DNA of 64,000 nucleotides from contig OZ244922.1 in NCBI GenBank assembly GCA_965221905.1, positions 2,148,845 to 2,212,844 on the forward strand, given 5' to 3'. A program made the position numbers and the translations under genes. Positions 10,931 through 20,403 of the stretch are shown piece after piece (position 1 is the stretch's first letter; the number at the start of each line of letters is the position of its first letter). Source of the stretch: Chloroflexota bacterium (GTDB lineage Bacteria; Chloroflexota; UBA11872; VXOZ01). The notes beneath the pieces are model-generated. The model was given only the letters and a program-made list of their open reading frames with translations, was not told where the DNA came from and did not search any database.

Positions 10931-11179
10931 GCTATATGTTTAACTCCTCACTGCGGGTTCTACTTTGGAGTATCGCTCGCTCGCCGGTCTGAAACAGGCG
11001 CTGACTTCCTCGATAATCCCCTAATGACACGAGTGATGGCCTGACATGCCAAGAAGGATCCCAACGCCATGATCCCTGAGGACAAAGCCCGTTAAGTCCT
11101 AGCATTCAGGATCTTCCCGTGAGATGTTCGACCTAGGGGCGCAAGCAATCACGCCGGCTGTTCGGATAGCGATAACTGA

Positions 11180-11269
11180 GGCGGAGAGGGTGGGATTCGA
11201 ACCCACGAGGCGCTTGTGGCGCCTACTCGCTCTCCAGGCGAGCGCCTTCGACCACTTGGCTACCTCTCC
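11180..11269 (-). tRNA. tRNA-Ser (anticodon GGA), type II with long variable arm
   Basis: Folded by hand on the reverse complement: acceptor GGAGAGG/CCTCTCC, anticodon stem CTCGC/GCGAG with loop CTGGAGA, long extra arm, T-arm GGTTCGAATCC, discriminator G, CC encoded. Lies upstream of gltX on the same strand. Confidence 0.85.
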
Positions 11270-11454
11270 ACAGCGCATTTGAGCATGATGAGCCGACGTT
11301 ATGTAGCGCTGGCTGCAATTCGCCGAGTTATAGAATCGAAATCTTCCCGGCGAGAATCGAAGCTATCTCAAGGGTTTCCTCATGCATAGATTCTAGCAGC
11401 GCAGCGCCGGTAGCGTCAAAGTCCCACTGCAGAAAGGAGAACAACCGAAAATAA

Positions 11455-13314
11455 ATGCATCGGTTTGCGCACATGCCGAGGGCTTCCTGTCGGTTGACAG
11501 ACGGCTTCAACCAAATCTACCATAACAGTTACAGCGACACCGCATGCAAGCTATTCCTCACGTTCATAATCAAGTGCATGTCTCAGATTGCGGAATCCTC
11601 CTCTACGCTCATAGCAGACGTCGGTACCTTCAGCACGCGTATCTCTCTCCTAGAGCGCGTTGAAGGGGACTTTCGGCTCGCTGGCGCTGCGCATGTGCCT
11701 AGCACGATCGATCCTCCGATATCCGATGCGATGCTCGGCGTTTCGCGCGCTCTTGCGGAACTGGAGCGCACCACAGGATGGTCCGCCGGACAAGAATCCG
11801 TCACCAAGCTCGCAGTCACCAGCGTAGGGCTTACCGTTGTTACCAGTGTGCTGAGCTTGGGCGACAGCCGCACCTTGAATGCGATGCTCGAAACTCTGCA
11901 AGCATCGCCCATTACGCCTATAGACATCTTCGACCTCCATAATCGACCGCCCGATGCCTATCAGTTCGTGTACCAGCGACTCATAGATTCGCCGCTCGAT
12001 GCGCTCATCATCCTCGGCAGCGATGCCGAGCAAGGTTGGGAGATAGAAATTGCACGGATTGGCGAAATCATTCGGAACGTGCTCGGCGCGCATCGCAACG
12101 CATGGAACGCAACCGTAGTCTTTGTTGGTTCCACGGCTCACGCACAGTTCCTGCGAACTTTTCTTGGCGAGCGGGCAATGCTTCATCACATGGAATTGGA
12201 CCCGGGCCAATCAGAGAGCGCCACCCTTGCCTCTCTCGAAGTCCTTGTGCAGTCGCTCGCCAAAGAGAGACGCCGGCTTCGGTTGCCGAATTATACAGGA
12301 TTTGCCGAGTGGGCAGAGACTGATCCAATTGACTATCAGGAAGCCCTGGGCAGTGTCACCCAGCAGCTAGCACAGCGCTACAGCATTCACGTTCTCTCCT
12401 TGGATCTTGGAGCAAGCCACGTTGCTGCGGTTTCGAGCCTACCGAATGGGGATTTGCGCAGAGTATCTCTGGATGGTTTCGGCACCCTGCGCAGTCCGCA
12501 GAATATCCTGATCGAATCCGGTCGCGAGGCCGTTGAGCGCTGGCTGCCGTACGATCTGGATGAAGACCGGCTAGATAGCTTTCTCTTGCACCGGCTTGCA
12601 CATCCCGCCGCTCTGCCGACGACGGTCGAGAGCCTTGTCTTGGAGCACGCCTTTGCGCGGGAAGCCATTCGCAGCGTGGTTGAGCTCATAGACGATCAAA
12701 CAGTAGACGGGCAGAGAACTGCGCCCTGTGCTACCGCGGATGTGGTAATTGGCTGTGGCGCAACACTGGGCGGCGCACCGCGGCTGATACAGGCAGTAAT
12801 GATGATGCTTGACTCCGTACAGCCCACCGGCTTTACGCAATTTGCCCTAGATCGAGCGGGCTCGCTACCGCTACTGCTGCTCGACAAAGCGATTGAAGAA
12901 GGAAATCCCTTTATCGAGCAGGATGTACTCTTGAGTCTCGGCGTTAGCATATCTCCGACGGGCCGCATGACCGAAAATCGCCCGGCCTTGAGTCTGCGCG
13001 TTGGCATTCCTTCTCGTTCTCCTGAGGAGTTTCAACTAAATTTTGGGGCCATGGAGGTTATTCCATGGGAGGGCGGCGCCGGCTCCAAGCTAGAAGTGTG
13101 GCCCGCTACACGGCTCGACCTTGGTGTAGGGCGGGGTCGGGGAGCCGAGCCACGTGCCAACCTCTATGGCGGCGCACTGGGGCTCATTGTTGACGCGCGC
13201 GGGCGCCCTCTCGAGCTTGATGCCAGCAAGGACAAGCGACAGGCTAAGACCCTTGAGTGGATGCAGACGACGGGGTCGTATCCCACATTGTCTTTCTCTG
13301 GGAGATCGAGCTAG
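11455..13314 (+). CDS. Hypothetical protein with actin-like/ASKHA-type ATPase motifs
   Basis: Three motifs match the ASKHA pattern: phosphate-1-like LIADVGTFSTR, phosphate-2-like LSLDLGASHVAAV and adenosine-like VVIGCGATLGGAP. A GGAGA ribosome-binding site lies upstream of ATG 11455. No confident family assignment. Confidence 0.35.
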   Translation: MHRFAHMPRASCRLTDGFNQIYHNSYSDTACKLFLTFIIKCMSQIAESSSTLIADVGTFSTRISLLERVEGDFRLAGAAHVPSTIDPPISDAMLGVSRALAELERTTGWSAGQESVTKLAVTSVGLTVVTSVLSLGDSRTLNAMLETLQASPITPIDIFDLHNRPPDAYQFVYQRLIDSPLDALIILGSDAEQGWEIEIARIGEIIRNVLGAHRNAWNATVVFVGSTAHAQFLRTFLGERAMLHHMELDPGQSESATLASLEVLVQSLAKERRRLRLPNYTGFAEWAETDPIDYQEALGSVTQQLAQRYSIHVLSLDLGASHVAAVSSLPNGDLRRVSLDGFGTLRSPQNILIESGREAVERWLPYDLDEDRLDSFLLHRLAHPAALPTTVESLVLEHAFAREAIRSVVELIDDQTVDGQRTAPCATADVVIGCGATLGGAPRLIQAVMMMLDSVQPTGFTQFALDRAGSLPLLLLDKAIEEGNPFIEQDVLLSLGVSISPTGRMTENRPALSLRVGIPSRSPEEFQLNFGAMEVIPWEGGAGSKLEVWPATRLDLGVGRGRGAEPRANLYGGALGLIVDARGRPLELDASKDKRQAKTLEWMQTTGSYPTLSFSGRSS

Positions 13315-13316
13315 CT

Positions 13317-14405
13317 ATGGCAACCATGCTTGCGCTGCGCGGCACGGCGAACCCACCGACGCCGACCCCACAGATTGGTCGTTATCTCTTGCGGTTACGT
13401 CGGGTTCTGCCAGCCGACGGCGAAATCTCCGTGCAACCCGGGGATAAAGTAGAGCCACACACCGTAGTTGGCGCTTGTTCCATAACCCCACAGCGATCTG
13501 TGATCGACTTGGCAAGCATGCTGGGTGTCTCTCCTGAGGACGTAGAAAAATCGCTCGAAGTTGCTCCTGGCGAGCGCTGCTCGGAAGGCGCGCTGATTGC
13601 CGCCCGGCGCCGCTTGCTGGGACTGCGCACACGTACAGCAATTGCCCCATTCAGCGGTCATATCGGCGCGGTCTCTTCACGTAGCGGTCTTGCTTGGTTC
13701 GAAGGCGAAAGCCGTGAGGTCCGTTTGCCTGCCGGGCTCTACGGTACCGTCATTGACGTTGTACCGCCGCGCGAGGTTGTCATAGAAGCGGACGCGGTAG
13801 TTGTGCGCGGCGTGTACGCTGTTGGAGGGGAAGCGTCCGGCAATCTAACCACGGTCCTTTCCCAAGGGTCCAATAGCGAAGAGCGGCTCATTCTTGTATC
13901 CCGCGAGCCGGCTACCGTTGAAGTTATGCGGCGCGCCGCCCAACTTGAAGCCGCCGCTGTGGTGGCCCCGTCCGCTGCACGCAAGGACATGGCCGTGCTC
14001 GGCATGGACCCGCTGGCCCGCCCGACGTCGCATGGGTGGAAAGGCCCGCCGCTCCTACTGACGGAAGGTTTCGGCGAGCACCCCATGACGGACACGCTCT
14101 GGGAACTCCTTACCGCCCAGCCGGTGCCATGGGCAACTGTGGTTGCTCGACCCGACCTGCACGTCTTCCTGCTGATTCTGCCAATTCGTTCGCTCGCGCC
14201 GAAAGACGCCTGGACGCGCTTCGGCCCCGGCTCTCGGCTCAAGCGCGCCGGCAAGTCGGTGGAACCGGGAGAGGTGCGTTTGGACGCCTTCATGCCGTTC
14301 CCACTGGCTGTCCCCTCCGGTCTGCGGCTCCCCGCCGCAGAGACCATCGATGCCGATGAACGCCGCAGCCGCGTGCCCCTTTCAGAACTGGAGTGGCTGA
14401 TGTAG
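13317..14405 (+). CDS. Hypothetical protein, translationally coupled to the preceding gene
   Basis: ATG 13317 follows the upstream stop by 2 nt and has a GGGAGA ribosome-binding site. No recognisable motifs and no TM helices. The in-frame extension to 13257 is unlikely. Confidence 0.4.
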   Translation: MATMLALRGTANPPTPTPQIGRYLLRLRRVLPADGEISVQPGDKVEPHTVVGACSITPQRSVIDLASMLGVSPEDVEKSLEVAPGERCSEGALIAARRRLLGLRTRTAIAPFSGHIGAVSSRSGLAWFEGESREVRLPAGLYGTVIDVVPPREVVIEADAVVVRGVYAVGGEASGNLTTVLSQGSNSEERLILVSREPATVEVMRRAAQLEAAAVVAPSAARKDMAVLGMDPLARPTSHGWKGPPLLLTEGFGEHPMTDTLWELLTAQPVPWATVVARPDLHVFLLILPIRSLAPKDAWTRFGPGSRLKRAGKSVEPGEVRLDAFMPFPLAVPSGLRLPAAETIDADERRSRVPLSELEWLM

Positions 14406-14539
14406 CCCTGACTGTGGCACGTTGTGCTCAGTTAGGATTGGTCGCCATTTCCATCTCGTAGGGTTTTCTTACCCAGAACTATCCTCTTGCCGTGGGTCTC
14501 CCCAGCTATCTGCCAATACTGCGCAGCAGAGCGCAACCA

Positions 14540-14660
14540 CTTTGCAGTTATAACACATATCTGTTATAGTAACGTATATCTGTACTATATCTATAGATGC
14601 TATTAGGCAGTAGCTCTGTATTACTTCAATTAAGTTGACATGCAAGATCGGCAGAACAGT
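14540..14660 (+). promoter_or_regulatory. AT-rich island with direct repeats upstream of the lamin-tail-domain gene; putative promoter/operator region
   Basis: A low-GC stretch in a high-GC genome: ATATCTGTTATAGTAACGTATATCTGTACTATATCTATAGAT carries ATATCTGT/ATATCTAT repeats, and TTGACA sits at about 14636. Confidence 0.3.
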
Positions 14661-14815
14661 TAAGTGAAACGCCACCGCTGTGCGCGTGTTGAGAGCTTCA
14701 GATGTTGCAAAGGAAGATAGCAATCGACACATCTGCCAGCTCCAAGGAAACGAACTCGCATTGCTACTGCTCGTAAATATGAAGAAGCAATGTATTCGGG
14801 ATGACTTGACCCACA

Positions 14816-17800
14816 GTGGCAAGCCGAAGTCACCTATATTCCTTGGTCCGATTCTGCCTGGCTGCCATGCTTGCTTGGCTCGCATCCGTTCAGGCCACAC
14901 GCGCGGACGGCTCCGTCGTCATCAACGAAATCTCACCGGGCGACGTCGCTGGAACGTCCAGTTGGATTGAGCTGCACAATACTAGCGACTCTGAGACCGC
15001 TGAAATGGGCTTTTGGCGGCTTGACGCTGAGAGTGAATCTGCCGAGAACTCCCACTACATCTCACTCGACGCTGCCATTCCTCCGGGCGGATACCTCGTA
15101 TTTGAGCGCACCACGACGCAGCTGACAATTGCCCGAAGCGGCACTATTCGCCTCTTGGATCTCGACGAGACTGTAGTGGATCAGACCGACTATACGGTTA
15201 CTGAAGGCGGTGTAGCAATTGCACGGATTCCGGATGGCTCGTCTAACTGGGTGGTTGTTTCAAAATCGACTAAGGGATCATCGAACGCAGTTTCTACACC
15301 AACACCGACCCCGACACCCACACCATCGCCTACGCCGTTGCCTACGCCGTTGCCTACACCCACTCAAACGCCTACACCGACCCCAACACCCACACCATTG
15401 CCAACACCCATACCATCTCCTACGCCCACACCTACACCGTCGCCTACGCCGACCCCGACACCGTCGCCCACACCCACACCATCGCCAACACCCATACCAT
15501 CTCCTACGCCGACCCCGACACTGTCGCCTACACCCACACCATCTCCTACGCCGACCCCGACACTGTCGCCTACACCCACACCATCGCCAACATCCATACC
15601 ATTACCTACACCGTCGCCAACGTCCACACCATCACCTACACCTACACCATCGCCAACGCCTACACCTACGCCGTTGCCTACTCCAACCCCTACGCCAACA
15701 CCCACACCGACACCAATGCCGCTTCCCACACCCAACAGTTCAATCGTCATCAACGAAATCTTTTCTCTGCATGCCAGGCAGGTCCAAGCCGAAGCTCTTC
15801 TCAACCGCGGTCTTGCCCGATTTGCTTTCAATTCAATTGGGAAGCAAGTCAATGAATCACAGGGCTGGGTCGAGTTCTATAACAATGGATCTTCTACCGT
15901 GGACGTGAGCCAATGGTTCCTGGATATCGGTGAAGACACCGGCGACAGGCCTTACCAAATTCCGATCGGCACCAAAATCGCACCTGGCGCATTCTTGGTC
16001 TTTAAGGAAGCAACGACTATATTTCGCATATTTCAGCGGGGCAGAATTCGTCTCCTTGATCTCTACGGCACAATTGTCGATGAGCACGACTATGACACCA
16101 ATGGGGCCACGGGAATTGCGCGAATGCCGGATGGTGCGGATAGCTGGGTAGTCGCATCGGCGCCGACTAAGGGAGAGCCAAACATTGTGCCATCCCCCAC
16201 TCCATCGCCAACACCAACCCCGACACCCTTGCCGACACCGAGGCCTGCCCCCAAGCCGCCCCCACCCACTCCGTCGCCACATCCGACACCGCCTCTGCCG
16301 CTGTCGCTTCGCATAACGGAGGTCTACTACGATGGGCAAGTCTCTCGGACAGAGGGCGATGAATTCATCGAGATCCAGAACCAAGGTACTGCCTTGGCGC
16401 ATCTGGCTCAAGTGCGCGTCTTGGTGAAGAGCGAGCAGGCCGATAGTCCCGTTGTTTACGGCTTCTACGCCGACAATGTGCTCTCGCCGGGAGACATCTT
16501 TGTTATTGCAAAGAATGCCCGTCAATTCGAGGAGCAATTCGGCTTTCGCCCAAGTTTTGAAGCCCGTTTCTCGGGAACCGGCTATGAAGATACGGAAAAC
16601 GTGCGCAACATGCTCCATGAGCGTGAATCGTCGCGGCGCACGTGGGCATTGGCCAATACAGGCGCTGTTGTAGCCTTGATCGGCGATCACGGTACGGTCA
16701 TCGATGCCGTAGCTTACGGCCATGATCCCGGCGGGTACCTTGGTCTACAGGGCGACTATCCATCCGCGTCCGGCGGTCAGTCACTCCTGCGTGTGTCTAC
16801 TGTGGGCGTGAGCGGACGCATGCCATCGGCCTTACGGGCAGATACACCTTCACCGGGCATCGTCCCGCCATCTCCCACCCCTACTCTTCCCACTCCCACA
16901 CCGATACCTTTGCCTTTACCGACGCCGAGGCCTGCCCCCAAGCCGCCCCCGCCCACTCCGTCGCCACACCCGACACCGCCTCTGCCGCAGTCTCTGCGCA
17001 TAACGGAAATCTACTACGATGGGCAGGTCCCTCGGACAGAGGGTGATGAGTTCATCGAGATCCAGAACCAAGGTACGACTTTAGCGTACCTGGCTCGAGT
17101 GCGCGTTTTGGTGAAGAGCGGGCAAGCCGATAGTCCCGTTGTTTACGGCTTCTACGCCGACAATGTGCTCTCGCCGGGAGACATCTTTGTTATTGCAAAG
17201 AATGCCCGTCAATTCGAGGAAAAATTCGGCTTTCGACCGAGTTTTGAAGCCCGTTTTTCGGGAACCGGCTATGAAGATACGGAAAACGTGCGAAACATGC
17301 TCCATGAGCGGGATACGTCGCGGCGCACGTGGGCATTGGCCAATACGGGCGCCGTAGTGGCCTTGATCGGCGATCACGGTACGGTCATCGATGCCGTTGC
17401 TTACGGCCATGATCCCGGCGGGTACTTTGGTCTACAGGGCGACTATCCATCCGCGTCCGGCGGTCAATCACTCCTGCGTGTGTCTACCGTGGGCGTGAGC
17501 GGGCGCATGCCGTCGGCTTTACGCGCAGATACACCTTCACCGGGCATCGTCCCGCCATCTCCCACCCCTACTCTTCCCCCGCCCACACCGATACCCTTGC
17601 CTTTACCGACGCCCATTACGCCCACGCCTTCACCGACGCCTTCGCCAACACCGACGCCAGTTCCCCCTTCGCCTACTCCGACGCCTTTGCCTACTTCGAC
17701 GCCTTCGCCAACACCGGCGCCTATTCCTCCCACACCATCACCGACGCCTTCGCCAACGCCCATTCCTCCCACTCCAACGGCAACAGTCCTGCAGTGCCTG

Positions 17801-18445
17801 ACAGAATTTCCGAGTCAGGAGCCGACGCGGCTGGTGCGCGTGGTTGGCACTGTGACGGAGATCCGTGAAATGCCGCAAGAAATTCGCGTCTACCTTGCCG
17901 ACGATTGCGGTGGCGCCGTTTTGCATTTGGCGGTAGATGCTTCGGCTCCTCCGGTCGGCAGCCAAATCCGGGTTACTGCCCTAGGCTCACTAAGGAATTT
18001 GCAGATCGATCTCTATGTTGCGCCTGAAACCAGACTTGAGTTCCTGCCGGGGACGTCTCAACCACAGGCAATCCCCTTCATGCAGGCAATGCTCCAACGT
18101 GCGCTAACCGGGACGCGGGTTCGGTCGGCGGGCAACATCACGCAAACTACTGACATCACAGTGGATGAGATCTATGATTCTGTTGCCAGCTATGTCAGGC
18201 TTGACCCTCACGCGCAAGCAGTCCCAATTGGCCCTGTGGTTTTCTACGGCATCCTTGAATGGCGCGAAACGGTGCCATTGCTCCGCGTACACTACGTCGT
18301 TCCCGCGAAAGCACGCATATCTACGCTCTGGGAGAGTTTTCAGGACTGGCGAGTGACACGCATCGCCGCGCAGTACGTGCGTGACACCGTCAACGCTCTA
18401 ATCATGCGATCACTTACCCGCGGCAGAAGCACCTCTTTGCCATGA
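14816..18445 (+). CDS. Secreted multi-domain protein: four lamin-tail domains, Pro/Thr-rich linkers and a C-terminal OB-fold-like region
   Basis: Signal-peptide-like N-terminus ending VQA. Lamin-tail-domain signatures recur four times ([10 protein letters not shown]...[14 protein letters not shown]...WVEFYNNG, and twice LRITE[VI]YYDGQ...[11 protein letters not shown]). Long (P-[TS])n linkers separate them. The tail [10 protein letters not shown]...[11 protein letters not shown] looks like an OB fold. The start is GTG; alternative starts are possible. Confidence 0.7.
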   Translation: MASRSHLYSLVRFCLAAMLAWLASVQATRADGSVVINEISPGDVAGTSSWIELHNTSDSETAEMGFWRLDAESESAENSHYISLDAAIPPGGYLVFERTTTQLTIARSGTIRLLDLDETVVDQTDYTVTEGGVAIARIPDGSSNWVVVSKSTKGSSNAVSTPTPTPTPTPSPTPLPTPLPTPTQTPTPTPTPTPLPTPIPSPTPTPTPSPTPTPTPSPTPTPSPTPIPSPTPTPTLSPTPTPSPTPTPTLSPTPTPSPTSIPLPTPSPTSTPSPTPTPSPTPTPTPLPTPTPTPTPTPTPMPLPTPNSSIVINEIFSLHARQVQAEALLNRGLARFAFNSIGKQVNESQGWVEFYNNGSSTVDVSQWFLDIGEDTGDRPYQIPIGTKIAPGAFLVFKEATTIFRIFQRGRIRLLDLYGTIVDEHDYDTNGATGIARMPDGADSWVVASAPTKGEPNIVPSPTPSPTPTPTPLPTPRPAPKPPPPTPSPHPTPPLPLSLRITEVYYDGQVSRTEGDEFIEIQNQGTALAHLAQVRVLVKSEQADSPVVYGFYADNVLSPGDIFVIAKNARQFEEQFGFRPSFEARFSGTGYEDTENVRNMLHERESSRRTWALANTGAVVALIGDHGTVIDAVAYGHDPGGYLGLQGDYPSASGGQSLLRVSTVGVSGRMPSALRADTPSPGIVPPSPTPTLPTPTPIPLPLPTPRPAPKPPPPTPSPHPTPPLPQSLRITEIYYDGQVPRTEGDEFIEIQNQGTTLAYLARVRVLVKSGQADSPVVYGFYADNVLSPGDIFVIAKNARQFEEKFGFRPSFEARFSGTGYEDTENVRNMLHERDTSRRTWALANTGAVVALIGDHGTVIDAVAYGHDPGGYFGLQGDYPSASGGQSLLRVSTVGVSGRMPSALRADTPSPGIVPPSPTPTLPPPTPIPLPLPTPITPTPSPTPSPTPTPVPPSPTPTPLPTSTPSPTPAPIPPTPSPTPSPTPIPPTPTATVLQCLTEFPSQEPTRLVRVVGTVTEIREMPQEIRVYLADDCGGAVLHLAVDASAPPVGSQIRVTALGSLRNLQIDLYVAPETRLEFLPGTSQPQAIPFMQAMLQRALTGTRVRSAGNITQTTDITVDEIYDSVASYVRLDPHAQAVPIGPVVFYGILEWRETVPLLRVHYVVPAKARISTLWESFQDWRVTRIAAQYVRDTVNALIMRSLTRGRSTSLP
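15290..15735 (+). repeat. Low-complexity Pro/Thr/Ser codon repeats (CCN-ACN units) encoding linker 1 of the lamin-tail-domain protein
   Basis: About 150 aa of (P-T/S)n. The complementary strand gives spurious Gly/Val/Asp-rich ORFs. Confidence 0.8.
16225..17612 (+). repeat. In-frame tandem duplication, period 687 bp, about 2.05 copies at about 95% identity
   Basis: AGGCCTGCCCCCAAGCCGCC occurs at 16241 and again at 16928. The encoded 229-aa units (lamin-tail domain plus flanking PT linker) differ at only about 10 residues. Confidence 0.85.
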
Positions 18446-18703
18446 AGAGCGAAGCTCACACCATTAACTCCACGTGAGGGCTCTGTCTGGGAAACGCGCA
18501 CCCACGGCATGCCTGGCGCAGCCTGGCCAGGCGGCCATATGTGTCTAAGAGGAAGTGGGGACACGACCGGCAACTCTGCCGCTAGAGTTTTGTTCGCTCG
18601 TCGCTAGATTCGTACGAAGCCAGCAACCAACGTCTGTCGGGATCTACCGCATAGGAATGCAAGCGATAGCGGACGACAGGGGAGCGCACGATTGGCGAGT
18701 TCT

Positions 18704-19456
18704 CTAGCTGGTGGGGGCGAGGAGGCGCTTTGCGTTCAAATGTGCAATAGCCTCCTTGTCAGCACAGGAAATCTTCGCCTTTTCCAGCTTGGCAATGCCG
18801 CACGCAGGATACTGAATCGGAACACCGACGCCGAGCAACACCCGTTGCGCATCAGCCGCTGAGACCAATTGCGCAATGGCGCCGAGGCCCTGGAGGCATG
18901 AGGTCTCCAGCCAGAGATTTGGATTGGCGTTCTGCAGACGAATGCCATTCCAAGACTCTTCGCCATAGTTCAGTCCATGGAGCACGAATTGTACACCCGG
19001 GTATTGGGCAAAGAGGTATTCGTAGGCACCAATGGAAGCAACCGGGAACGACCAATCCATGATGGCACGCACTACCAGTGTAACGATCAATCCACTAGCT
19101 TCGGCCGCGGCGCACAACGGCTCAAGCTGCTGCGGCAAGGTGTTGGAATGCATGCTGGGATAGCAGCGCACGCCTCTTGCGCCGCTGTCCGCATAATTGC
19201 TCAACAGGTCGGTATTGCCGGGCTGTGTACTGTCTATCGTTACAAATGGAATGAGTCGGCCGTTGGATGCTGCAGCCGCTTGGAGGATTTCATCATTTCC
19301 AAGACGCCAATCGGATTGCAGAGCCCTGGTCGAGCCCACTACCGCGCATTCAATGCCATGCGAGTCCATGAGCGCGATTACATCAGCCGCGGTACGCTCC
19401 TTGAGAGGCCAATATCCCCAAGCACCGACGAACCCGGACACGTCCCAAACTGTCAT
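18704..19456 (-). CDS. Amidohydrolase-2 family protein lacking the N-terminal HxH metal motif
   Basis: Similar along its length to the neighbouring amidohydrolase, but it begins MTVWDVSGF instead of IDAHVH. Confidence 0.55.
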   Translation of the reverse strand: MTVWDVSGFVGAWGYWPLKERTAADVIALMDSHGIECAVVGSTRALQSDWRLGNDEILQAAAASNGRLIPFVTIDSTQPGNTDLLSNYADSGARGVRCYPSMHSNTLPQQLEPLCAAAEASGLIVTLVVRAIMDWSFPVASIGAYEYLFAQYPGVQFVLHGLNYGEESWNGIRLQNANPNLWLETSCLQGLGAIAQLVSAADAQRVLLGVGVPIQYPACGIAKLEKAKISCADKEAIAHLNAKRLLAPTS

Positions 19457-19480
19457 TGTGCTATCCGTCCCCTCTTGCCG

Positions 19481-20218
19481 CTATGCTTTGAGCGCCAACA
19501 TACGCGCCATATTGCCGCCAAATATCAAGTCTTTGTCGTGCTGGCTAATGGCGGCCCCGCTGACACGCGCCATCTGCACGCTTACCTCTAGCAGCGGCAT
19601 GTCTGTACCGAAGATAACGCGCTCCGGGCCGATGCGTTCTATTGTGTACTCTAACGAGCCGTTGTTGACCGCGCTGCTTGCGGTTTCCAGCAAGAGTGAA
19701 GGATTGCGTTCCGCAGCCTGCACCGCGCGCATCCAGTCGCCCCTCGCCAGCGCCGTGTTGCCTGAGTGCGCCATCATGAGGAATGCCTCCGGCACCCGCG
19801 AGGCCATTACCTCGCACTCTTCGGCCGTGGAGTGCGCCAGAATCGGCATGCGATGCGAGGCCGCCCGTTCCAGCACAGGAAAGACCGAAGGGCGCACCAA
19901 GGGAATCATCGGATATGAGTAGATCTTGATTCCCCGCATGCCATACTCGTGCACACAGCGGTCGATTTCCTCCAGCGCGCCATTGTCGAAGTTCATCGTT
20001 GGAATGCTGACGTAACCCAGAATTCTGTCCGGGTGCTGACGCACCGCTTTGCCCAAGGCGTCATTCCCTTCGCGCATGTCGTGTACGAGCGCCGTAAAGT
20101 CGGTCACGAAGAGCTTGTCGATGCCGTTCTCATCCGCGAGCCGGAGCAGATCATCTACATTCGCGCTAAAGTTATACGCAGTGGAGACCCCAACGTGCAC
20201 GTGTGCATCAATTATCAT
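19481..20218 (-). CDS. Amidohydrolase-2 family metal-dependent hydrolase
   Basis: N-terminal MIIDAHVHVG metal-binding motif, about 245 aa, TIM-barrel hydrolase pattern. Confidence 0.7.
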   Translation of the reverse strand: MIIDAHVHVGVSTAYNFSANVDDLLRLADENGIDKLFVTDFTALVHDMREGNDALGKAVRQHPDRILGYVSIPTMNFDNGALEEIDRCVHEYGMRGIKIYSYPMIPLVRPSVFPVLERAASHRMPILAHSTAEECEVMASRVPEAFLMMAHSGNTALARGDWMRAVQAAERNPSLLLETASSAVNNGSLEYTIERIGPERVIFGTDMPLLEVSVQMARVSGAAISQHDKDLIFGGNMARMLALKA

Positions 20219-20403
20219 TGCATTCTTCTCCTTGTGGGAATAGGCTAGCAGAGCTTATTCCGCAGCGCAAGAATCCCTGCCCGGCTGGTTCCGGTATACT
20301 GTATTGCGGGTCTTGCAGGCGACAAGCACGCAGATCTATCCAAAATCGTTGGCTGCAAGATCATCGAATAGTATATCGTGCATAACAAAGGTGAAAGAAA
20401 GCC

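Noticed and set aside
11180-11269. tRNA-Ser as the attachment site of an integrated genomic island covering the downstream hypothetical genes
   Set aside because: The tRNA 3' end faces gltX, not the hypothetical cassette. No integrase and no direct repeat of the tRNA 3' end were seen. The island idea remains possible only as a weak inference.
15290-15735. Regularly spaced short repeats resembling a CRISPR array
   Set aside because: The periodicity is 6 nt (Pro-Thr codons) inside a coding sequence. There is no 25-40-bp repeat/spacer organisation and no cas genes.
16225-17612. Possible diversity-generating retroelement (template/variable repeat pair) because of two near-identical repeats
   Set aside because: Both copies are in-frame inside one gene. 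No reverse transcriptase gene is in the window. The differences are not biased to adenine positions of one copy. A simple tandem domain duplication explains the data.
15364-17772. Long minus-strand ORFs (162, 288, 74, 109 and 102 aa), rich in Gly/Val/Asp, antisense to the lamin-tail-domain gene
   Set aside because: They are the reverse-complement reading of the CCN-ACN Pro/Thr codon repeats and of the duplicated segment. Low-complexity GVGVGDGVG translations are classic antisense artefacts, and the sense strand encodes a coherent multi-domain protein.
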